The notes beneath the pieces were generated by a model. It had not been told where the DNA came from. It saw only the letters and a program-made list of their open reading frames with translations, and did no database searches. 39,268 bases of DNA, taken from sequence record SRR31156797_4997; one strand, given 5' to 3'. The first letter of the stretch is position 1; each line of letters starts with the position of its first letter. Positions 30,318 to 38,101 of the stretch are shown in pieces. The translations under genes were made by a program, and so were the position numbers.

Positions 30318-31466
30318 AACATACTACACCTCGACCTCGACACATTTTTTGTATCGGTAGAACGGTTACGTAATAGCAAGCTGAATGGAAAACCTATTTT
30401 GATAGGGGGTACATCTGATCGCGGGGTGGTGTCAGCTTGTAGTTACGAAACGCGTTCGTTTGGGGTACATTCGGGAATGCCCATGAAAATGGCGCGCAGG
30501 CTTTGTCCTGATGCGTTATTGATTCGTGGTGACATGGATGTGTATTCGAAATACTCGCATGTGGTAACGGATATTATTGCGGAGACGGCGCCCGTGTACG
30601 AGAAGATGTCTATTGATGAGCATTACCTTGATTTAACCGGGATGGATCGCTTTTTTGGTACGTTGAAATGGTCCAAGGAGCTACGGCAACGTATCATGAA
30701 GGAGAGTGGATTGCCTATATCGTTTGGGTTATCAACTAATAAAAGTGTAGCTAAAATTGCCACCGGAGAGGCTAAGCCTAATGGTGAATTGCAAGTTGCA
30801 TCGCAAATGGTATTGCCTTTTTTGGCGCCATTATCGATCCGTAAAATTCCCGGTATTGGTAATAAAGCATTTCAAATACTGCGTACCATGGGTGTGGATA
30901 CCATTGAGACTTTGCGCATGGTTCCACCTGATATGGTGGTACGTGTGTTGGGTAAAAATGGTAAAGAGGTGTGGAAAAAAGCCAATGGCGTTGATCCTAC
31001 ACCTGTAAAACCTTATAGCGAGCGTAAAACTATTGGTACGGAACGTACTTTTAGTCAGGATCGCACCGATACGGCACGGCTGGAGGAGATTATTGCTACC
31101 ATGACTGAGAAATTGGCCTTTCAGTTACGCAAAAAGGAGAAGGTAACTTCTTGTGTGACAGTGAAAATACGATATGCCAATTTTGACACACACACCAAAC
31201 AAAAGCGAATTCCCTATACGGCATTGGATAACCAGTTGACAGATATAGCAAAAGAGTTATTTCGTAAGGTATATGATCGCCGTATGCGTGTACGCCTGGT
31301 GGGTGTGAAGTTTAGTCATTTGGTACACGGAGCACACCAACTCAACTTGTTTGAAGACAGTAGTGAAATCATAAAGCTTTACCAGGCAATGGACAGTTTA
31401 CGTAGGCGCTACGGAGAGCATATTGTCCATCGGGCGTTGGCTATGAGTTCCAGGTTTCAAGTTTGA
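30300..31466 (+). CDS. dinB: DNA polymerase IV (Y family)
   Basis: ILHLDLDTFFVSVE, RGVVSACSYE, SIDEHYLD, KIPGIG, RLVGV, QLNLF clamp-binding motif; GTG start. Confidence 0.95.
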   Translation: MKLETRNILHLDLDTFFVSVERLRNSKLNGKPILIGGTSDRGVVSACSYETRSFGVHSGMPMKMARRLCPDALLIRGDMDVYSKYSHVVTDIIAETAPVYEKMSIDEHYLDLTGMDRFFGTLKWSKELRQRIMKESGLPISFGLSTNKSVAKIATGEAKPNGELQVASQMVLPFLAPLSIRKIPGIGNKAFQILRTMGVDTIETLRMVPPDMVVRVLGKNGKEVWKKANGVDPTPVKPYSERKTIGTERTFSQDRTDTARLEEIIATMTEKLAFQLRKKEKVTSCVTVKIRYANFDTHTKQKRIPYTALDNQLTDIAKELFRKVYDRRMRVRLVGVKFSHLVHGAHQLNLFEDSSEIIKLYQAMDSLRRRYGEHIVHRALAMSSRFQV

Positions 31467-31892
31467 ACGTTTCAAGTTATTGTTACTTCGTTTGGCTGAG
31501 GTAGTAGATTTTAAAGCTTGTGCAGGTAATAGTGGCTTTAAAAGTTTCATGTTTCAAGTTGCTTCGTTTGATTGAGCGACCAGACTTTTAGAGCTTGTGC
31601 AGGTAATTGAATTTTGATGGAAATGTGGGTTGGTGGTTTTCTCCTTTAGAGCTAGTGAGGTGAGGGAAGGCGAGAAAGTTTCAAGTTCCATGTTTCAAGT
31701 TAGTACTCATAAACTTATGTGATACTTTTATTCTGTTTATGCCCACTCTGCTCAGGGTTCGACAGGTAATGTCTATTGAACCTGAAACTCGGAACCCGAA
31801 ACCCTAACCGAATCGACGTTAGTCGATGAGTTCAGCGACGAAGGAGCTAAACCCGAAACTTTTGAACCTGAAAACTGAAACCTGAAACTAAA
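31447..31892 (+). repeat. dinB-dnaE spacer with inverted heptamer arrays and an internal imperfect duplication
   Basis: GTTTCAAGTT at 31454, 31469, 31551, 31678 and 31692; AAC(C/T)NGA-type units at 31779-31806 and 31850-31892. Confidence 0.8.
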
Positions 31893-34877
31893 ATGTACAT
31901 CGCATCACGCACATATTATAGTTTACGTTACGGGACTTTGTCGCCGGAGAAATTGGTGCAAATTGCTGCGTCCAAAGGTATTCATGTAATGGCACTGACC
32001 GATATTAATAACTCTACCGGTATACCTGATTTTGTGAAGGCTTGCAAAAAATATGGTATTTCGCCTGTGGCAGGAATGGAATTTCGCAATGGTGATACAT
32101 GGCTCTATACAGCATTAGCTCGTAATGAGGAAGGATTTGAGCAAATCAATCGTTTTATGAGTTATCATAATCTGAATAAACTGAAACTACCGGAGCGTGC
32201 ACCCCAACTTAATGACGTATTCTTTATTTATCCATTCAAAGCATTTCCTGAACGTTTGCGAGAGACTGAATATATCGGGGTACGTGTATCGGAGCGGAAT
32301 AAATTGGTAACTATTAGCGATAAATTGATCCGAAACCGCTGCGTGATGTATCATCCGGTTACATTTGCTTCGCGCGCTGATATGGAGTTGCACCGTCACT
32401 TGCGGGCTATCGATCACAATATTTTACTGTCGAACCTGAAGCCTGAAATGGTGGCCTTAGGTGATGAGGTGGCACCTACCGAGGCTCAATTGACTAAAAC
32501 GTATGAGTTTTTTCCTGAGTTGGTAGTCAATACGCAAAAACTGCTGCTGAAATGTACCTTTCAGATCGATTTTAATGCCTTGAAAAATAAGCAGGTGTAT
32601 TCATCCAGCCGGTACGACGATAAGTTGTTGTTGCAAAAGCTGGCGCGGGAGGGATTTGCAGAGCGTTTTGGTGAAGGCAGTATTTATGCTCGGGAGCGTC
32701 TGGAGAAGGAGCTGGATGTGATTGATAATTTAGGGTTTGCAGCTTATTTTTTGATTACATGGGATATCATTCACTACTCTATGACACGGGGCATTTACCA
32801 TGTAGGCCGGGGTAGTGGAGCCAATAGTTTGGTGGCTTATAGTTTGAAAATAACCGATGTAAATCCGGTAGAGCTGAATCTTTATTTTGAACGATTTATC
32901 AATCCGCAACGTACCAGCCCGCCCGATTTTGATATTGATTATTCTTGGCGCGACCGCGATCAGGTGACGGATTATATCTTCAAACGCTACGGGCGTGAGC
33001 ATACAGCATTGTTGGGAGCCATGTCTACATTTCAGGGGCGTTCCATTTTACGTGAGTTGGGTAAGGTGCATGGCTTGCCCAAAGCGGAAATTGATTTGCT
33101 GGTAAAAGATCCGGCGGATGTGCGTAACCAGCATAAGATAACCCAGCATATTTTGAAAATTGGTCGTCAAATGAACGACTTTCCGAACCTGCGATCGATT
33201 CATGCGGGTGGGATTCTGGTTTCCGAAAAGCCTATTACATATTACACTGCTCTGGATATGCCTCCAAAAGGCTATCCTACCACCCAATGGGATATGTACG
33301 TGGCGGAGGATTTGCGTTACGAAAAGCTCGATATTTTGAGTCAGCGAGGCATTGGACATATTAATGATTGCGTGACTTTGGTGCGAGAAAATCAGGGAAA
33401 GCAAATCGATGCCCATCAGGTAGAAACCTTCAAAAATGACCCGAAAGTGAAGCAATTGCTTAAAATAGGTGAGACCAACGGTTGTTTCTATATCGAAAGC
33501 CCTGCTATGCGAGGATTGCTACGCAAATTACGCTGCGATGATTATTTGACTTTGGTAGCTGCCAGCTCCATTATTCGGCCCGGTGTGGCCAAATCAGGTA
33601 TGATGCGTGAGTATATCAAGCGGTTTCAGAAACCCGACGATTTTGAATATATCCATCCCGTAATGAAAGAGCAATTAGAGGAGACCTATGGTGTGATGGT
33701 GTATCAGGAAGATGTATTGAAAGTATGTCACCATTTTGCCGGTCTCGATTTAGCCGATGCCGATACTTTGCGACGTACCATGAGCGGTAAGCCACGTCAT
33801 AAAAATGAGTTGAACTCTATTGTCAATAAGTTTTTTGCCAATTGCCGTAGTCGTGGCTATCCGGAACATATCACACAAGAGGTTTGGCGACAAATAGCTT
33901 CGTTTGCCGGATATTCGTTTTCTAAGGCGCATTCTGCTTCGTATGCGGTGGAGAGCTTTCAGAGTTTATATCTAAAGGCCCATTATCCGTTGGAGTTTAT
34001 GGTAGCGGTGATTAATAATTTTGGGGGCTTTTATAAAACCAGTGTGTATTTCAATGAAGCCCGTCGCTGGGGTGCGAAAATTGAGGTGCCTTGTGTGAAT
34101 CACAGTATCAATATTACATCCATTGAGGGTAAAACTATCTACATGGGTTTTATTCATGTGCAGGAGTTGGAGCGGAAAGTGGTGAAAAGTATTGTAGCAA
34201 CACGTAGTCAAAGCGGAGCGTTTAAAAGTTTGGTTGATTTTACCCGGCGTGTGCATATTGGTATTCAACAGTTACGTATTTTGATTCGCACTGGTGCGTT
34301 TCGGTTTACAGGTAAAAATAAAGTAGATTTACTATGGGAAGCACATATGTTGCTCGATAATAAACCCCGCAAGGAAAAGCCAGCACCGGTGCTGTTCGAG
34401 CCCGAAGAAAAGTCGTATACTCTGCCAAAGCTGCGCACTTCTCAATTAGAAGATGCTTACGACGAAATTGAACTGGTGGGCTTTCCGGTTACGTTAACCT
34501 GGTTCGATCTGTTGCAAACCAGCTACCGGGGTGATGTAAAGGCACGTAACCTTATTAAATATGTTGGCAAAAAGGTGAAGCTGACCGGAGTGCTAGTTAC
34601 TATAAAATATGTATGGACAGTAAAAAAAGAGGTCATGCACTTCGGTACTTTTCTGGATGATACAGGCAATTTTATTGATACAGTTCATTTCCCCGATTCA
34701 TTGAAAAATTTTCCTTTCACAGGTAATGGCGTGTATCTAATTTTAGGAAAGGTAGTGGAAGAATTTGGGCACCCATCCATTGAGGTCGAGAAAATGGCCC
34801 GTTTGCCCCTCCAACCCGATCCCAGAAACGATACGCAGCGGCATGCAGCGGTACAGTCGAAGAGTAGCGAGGGGTGA
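31893..34877 (+). CDS. dnaE: DNA polymerase III alpha subunit, accessory error-prone (DnaE2-like) copy
   Basis: PHP-like N-terminus, GRGSGANS, LYFERF, PPDFDID, SIHAGG, VYQEDV, YSFSKAH, OB fold; short (994 aa) and co-oriented with dinB. Confidence 0.93.
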   Translation: MYIASRTYYSLRYGTLSPEKLVQIAASKGIHVMALTDINNSTGIPDFVKACKKYGISPVAGMEFRNGDTWLYTALARNEEGFEQINRFMSYHNLNKLKLPERAPQLNDVFFIYPFKAFPERLRETEYIGVRVSERNKLVTISDKLIRNRCVMYHPVTFASRADMELHRHLRAIDHNILLSNLKPEMVALGDEVAPTEAQLTKTYEFFPELVVNTQKLLLKCTFQIDFNALKNKQVYSSSRYDDKLLLQKLAREGFAERFGEGSIYARERLEKELDVIDNLGFAAYFLITWDIIHYSMTRGIYHVGRGSGANSLVAYSLKITDVNPVELNLYFERFINPQRTSPPDFDIDYSWRDRDQVTDYIFKRYGREHTALLGAMSTFQGRSILRELGKVHGLPKAEIDLLVKDPADVRNQHKITQHILKIGRQMNDFPNLRSIHAGGILVSEKPITYYTALDMPPKGYPTTQWDMYVAEDLRYEKLDILSQRGIGHINDCVTLVRENQGKQIDAHQVETFKNDPKVKQLLKIGETNGCFYIESPAMRGLLRKLRCDDYLTLVAASSIIRPGVAKSGMMREYIKRFQKPDDFEYIHPVMKEQLEETYGVMVYQEDVLKVCHHFAGLDLADADTLRRTMSGKPRHKNELNSIVNKFFANCRSRGYPEHITQEVWRQIASFAGYSFSKAHSASYAVESFQSLYLKAHYPLEFMVAVINNFGGFYKTSVYFNEARRWGAKIEVPCVNHSINITSIEGKTIYMGFIHVQELERKVVKSIVATRSQSGAFKSLVDFTRRVHIGIQQLRILIRTGAFRFTGKNKVDLLWEAHMLLDNKPRKEKPAPVLFEPEEKSYTLPKLRTSQLEDAYDEIELVGFPVTLTWFDLLQTSYRGDVKARNLIKYVGKKVKLTGVLVTIKYVWTVKKEVMHFGTFLDDTGNFIDTVHFPDSLKNFPFTGNGVYLILGKVVEEFGHPSIEVEKMARLPLQPDPRNDTQRHAAVQSKSSEG

Positions 34878-35027
34878 GTATTGAGTTTTGAGTCCCGAAA
34901 AATTACAAAAATCACACCTTCCACAGGCAGGCAAGGATTTTTTATTTTTCGGCAAGTGAGTTATGAGTAAAGAGCCCGACGGCTTGAGTCAAAGGTTTTT
35001 TCTTATACCTAAGAATAAGGTTTTTCA

Positions 35028-35100
35028 CTGCATTTCGAAGAAGATTCTCATTATCATGTTTATGATCAGGGAGATATTATGCAGAGGCATTTTTAATCGT
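35028..35100 (+). pseudogene. N-terminal fragment of a RAYT-like Y1 transposase
   Basis: Manual translation LHFEEDSHYHVYDQGDIMQR, then IFNR after a +1 shift; resembles the YH(I/V)YN(Q/R)G..RQ.IF RAYT N-terminus. Confidence 0.6.
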
Positions 35101-35107
35101 TCGGCTA

Positions 35108-35140
35108 AACGAGGGCTTCGCTCAAAGCGAAACCCTCGTT
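35108..35140. repeat. REP-like palindrome, copy 1
   Basis: AACGAGGGCTTCGCT-caa-AGCGAAACCCTCGTT (14/15 paired). Confidence 0.8.
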
Positions 35141-35154
35141 GGGCAAACGTTTCA

Positions 35155-36534
35155 TTAAAAACTCAAAAAATAAATATTCTTTCTATCATCAGCTAATGCA
35201 CAAAACTCTTGCTCAGAAACAAATCTAATTGTGCTGGATTCTATTTTTTTAGGAATATTTAAGCTTTTAGTGAACAGTGATTCTTTGCTTACAGTGTTAA
35301 ATTTAATCAAATAGTATTCTCCGCCAGATTTGTATATAACAGACATGTTCTGGTTGTAAGCATATAAATCAACTATTATTAGTTTGGCAGAACTTAAATC
35401 GACTGGGTTTTCAATTAATGTATCTTGTAAATAGTTTGAATAATTTAATATTTCATTTGTTTTAGGATTAAATGCTATTGGAAAATAATTCAAAAATAGC
35501 CAGTCATTACCTACACCCATCGAGCTATGTGGATAAAGTTGTTCAGAAGATACTATTTCAGGGTGTGTATGATCCAAAACCTCAACTGACAATTGTTTAT
35601 TATCTTTTTTAAATTTAGCCCATAGCGCATTTTGCGGATGTAATGTAGGAGTAATTAAGTTTGTTATAAAGTTGCTACCATATCTGTACACCTTGTCATA
35701 TATGCTGTACATATTCTCTTTATGTGTGAAAATTTGTGTGGGATAAAAAAGATAACTCCATTTATTATTTGCATAATTACCAATAAAGAAATTTGGTTGA
35801 ATAGCTATATTTTCTCCTTGAACTAAAGGGATGCCTAATGTAGAAACAATAGTAATTGTATCATTGTGATAGAAAGTAGAAGCGATTTTAACTTTGTCTA
35901 AATTTTGCTTCTTCATTTTGGGTAACCATTTTTTGTATTCTTTTTCATTATACTCAATTAAATCTAAGAATTCATCTGTATTAAAATCAGCCCCATTAAT
36001 TTTTTGAATTGTTTTGGTTTGAAGATCAACTATGTGTGCAGTATTTAACAGGTAATCGCAAAAAACAAGATGATCGTCCTGAACATTGATGGTATTTCTG
36101 GAACTTAATGTGAATCCTTCAAGTGTTATTGAATCTTGTATTGAAAAATTATTGTTTTGAGCGTTAAATTCATTAATTCTTTTAGGTAATTTTTCTATCG
36201 GGAAAGAATCTGTTTTAACTTGATTTTGATATATTTCTACAAAATTGGAAGTTATAGTTTTTTCGTAAGCTCGAAACTCATATTTTTTGGTAATTTTCAT
36301 ATGACTGAATAATTCATTCCATGTATCAAAACTTTTTTCACTAGTATAAAAGAGCAACTTCGATCCTTTTGGTAATTCGTTTAATGAAATTACATAATTA
36401 TAGCAGTACAAGCATTGGTTTTCATTTAAATAAACATGAAATTCCCGTTTCGGGTTTTTGTTTAAATCGGTATTTGTATTGCAAGATAATAAAGCAACTA
36501 ACACTGTAATGATTAGGAAAGTCTTATGTTTCAT
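35155..36534 (-). CDS. Hypothetical lipoprotein
   Basis: 459-aa ORF, lipobox LLSC, early CLYC motif; AT-rich. Confidence 0.75.
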   Translation of the reverse strand: MKHKTFLIITVLVALLSCNTNTDLNKNPKREFHVYLNENQCLYCYNYVISLNELPKGSKLLFYTSEKSFDTWNELFSHMKITKKYEFRAYEKTITSNFVEIYQNQVKTDSFPIEKLPKRINEFNAQNNNFSIQDSITLEGFTLSSRNTINVQDDHLVFCDYLLNTAHIVDLQTKTIQKINGADFNTDEFLDLIEYNEKEYKKWLPKMKKQNLDKVKIASTFYHNDTITIVSTLGIPLVQGENIAIQPNFFIGNYANNKWSYLFYPTQIFTHKENMYSIYDKVYRYGSNFITNLITPTLHPQNALWAKFKKDNKQLSVEVLDHTHPEIVSSEQLYPHSSMGVGNDWLFLNYFPIAFNPKTNEILNYSNYLQDTLIENPVDLSSAKLIIVDLYAYNQNMSVIYKSGGEYYLIKFNTVSKESLFTKSLNIPKKIESSTIRFVSEQEFCALADDRKNIYFLSF

Positions 36535-36583
36535 ATTATTGATAATGAGTTGTATAGGCTTGGTTCTTCTGCTTGTTTAATAG

Positions 36584-36922
36584 TTATTTTTTAATTTTAA
36601 TAACTGTCATATTTCCTTCTGTAACTACTTGATAACCTTCAATTTTGAATGTACTGTCTTTATTGCCGTTTCTGTCATAAGTCGTGATAATAATACCTTC
36701 TTTTTCTTCTTCCTTAATTGTTGCAATGTTAGCCCAATTCGTATACCATTCCCATATTTTCACAAAGTTTTGTAAATAATTATGGTGGAGTATACTATCA
36801 GAAAAAAAGGAATTATAGGAATTATTTAGAGGTGCAAGTTTATTTTGAGGAGTCTTAATAGAAATTGTAATGGTTGAAATGAATAATATACTAATACTAA
36901 TGATCGTAAACAGTTCTTTCAT
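36584..36922 (-). CDS. Hypothetical protein with N-terminal hydrophobic segment
   Basis: 112-aa ORF starting MKELFTIISISILFISTITISI. Confidence 0.55.
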   Translation of the reverse strand: MKELFTIISISILFISTITISIKTPQNKLAPLNNSYNSFFSDSILHHNYLQNFVKIWEWYTNWANIATIKEEEKEGIIITTYDRNGNKDSTFKIEGYQVVTEGNMTVIKIKK

Positions 36923-37030
36923 GGCACTATATTAAATATAAAATGAATTCATGATCTCATAACAAAGGAAAATAAAAAAAATGCACTACTCAAATCTTTT
37001 TATCGTTTTTTGATGTTTTCATTGCAAAAA

Positions 37031-37487
37031 ATTTTGCCTAATCATTATCATTTAATGGTGTGGGAGTACAAGATAATCGAGAGGTTCGGTAAAAGCGAAC
37101 CCCTCGTTAGGCTTGCTCTTAACAAGTCAATTGAAATAATGCTCCGATCATAAACTAACGCAATAAATAAATAAGAAGGATGGTCCGGTTCATTGTTTCG
37201 TAATCATACCAAAGCTATTTGCTTAAATTACCCTGGATTGAATTGCTCAGGCTTATTTTGACACTGATTTTGGAACCTAAATCTACCATGATTTACTTCA
37301 TTACTCTTATCTGCAAACTTGTTTGGATTATATTCATTTAAAGCCTGTTAAAGCTGAAATTGTAAGAAATGCAATTGATTGGGAAAAATCATTAGTTTTA
37401 GACTATGCTGAAATGCAAAACCAAGATTTGATAAATAAAGAAATGACAGAAATTATTGGTATTAATCCACAACTACCTACCGACTAG
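37031..37487 (+). pseudogene. Central and C-terminal part of a RAYT-like Y1 transposase (stops and a frameshift)
   Basis: Manual translation ILPNHYHLMV (HUH)...LNKSIEIMLRS*TNAINK*EGWSGSLFRNHTKAICL, then after a frameshift YLQTCLDYIHLKPVKAEIVRNAIDWEKS..DYA. Confidence 0.85.
37076..37108. repeat. REP-like palindrome, copy 2 (inside the RAYT reading frame)
   Basis: ATCGAGAGGTTCGGT-aaa-AGCGAACCCCTCGTT; 27/33 identical to copy 1 by manual alignment. Confidence 0.75.
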
Positions 37488-37500
37488 GCTGATAGAATAG

Positions 37501-37529
37501 AAAACGGGTAAGGTGTGTTCCTTACCCGT
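37501..37529 (-). terminator. Intrinsic terminator of the downstream minus-strand gene
   Basis: ACGGGTAAGG-6 nt-CCTTACCCGT with a T run on the minus strand. Confidence 0.75.
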
Positions 37530-37550
37530 CATATTTTAATTAAAAATTTA

Positions 37551-37925
37551 CTATTCTACTTTTGTACAAGTATAAGTTTCACTAGTGCCTAAAGCTGATG
37601 ATACAAAGGTCAATGTGCTTGCATTTAGCGTAGTTACTTCATTGCTTACATTTATCCCAAAAACTTCATAAGAAAAGTTATTTTCAGTCCAAGTGTACAA
37701 GTAAGTAATACTAGTGTAATTGCCATTTGTGTAATTAGTTACTTTGTAGTTCGCCTCGGTGAATTCATGGTAAATTGAGTCATAATCATCGATTGCCGGG
37801 TCAGGACTAATTTGGGTCCACGTTCCATAAAGATCAGTTTGATCAAAAATTGGATCATCTTCATCTTTTTCACAAGAACTAAAGATAATTGCAAAAATGC
37901 TAATGATAAATAATAATTTTTTCAT
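37551..37925 (-). CDS. Small lipoprotein, lipocalin-like domain
   Basis: MKK signal, FSSCEKD lipobox with acidic export signal, LYGTW motif. Confidence 0.75.
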   Translation of the reverse strand: MKKLLFIISIFAIIFSSCEKDEDDPIFDQTDLYGTWTQISPDPAIDDYDSIYHEFTEANYKVTNYTNGNYTSITYLYTWTENNFSYEVFGINVSNEVTTLNASTLTFVSSALGTSETYTCTKVE

Positions 37926-38055
37926 ACTAAATGATTATTTGGTTAATTGTACTGCAATTAATGAATATAAATGATACTGTCAAAGAAAAAATTAGATTTT
38001 ATAACTGCTTAAATCTATTATTTCATCAAAATATTTCATAGTTACCCAAGATTAT

Positions 38056-38063
38056 TATCTTTG
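38056..38063 (+). promoter_or_regulatory. Bacteroidota -7 promoter box
   Basis: TATCTTTG about 40 nt before ATG 38102. Confidence 0.55.
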
Positions 38064-38101
38064 CGTCTTAGTTCATGAAAACAAATTAAGTTTCATTAGC
38101 A

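Noticed and set aside
30110-30379. 89-aa minus-strand ORF (FQVSGFR repeats)
   Set aside because: It is an antisense translation of the heptamer array and overlaps two real genes.
31454-31701. CRISPR array (GTTTCAA-starting repeats with spacer-like gaps)
   Set aside because: The shared unit is only about 10 bp, spacing is irregular (15, 82, 127, 14 bp), two 'spacers' are copies of each other, and there are no cas genes.
34963-35196. 77-aa ORF from the track
   Set aside because: It overlaps the RAYT N-terminal remnant in another frame, the palindrome and the end of an opposite-strand gene; likely spurious.
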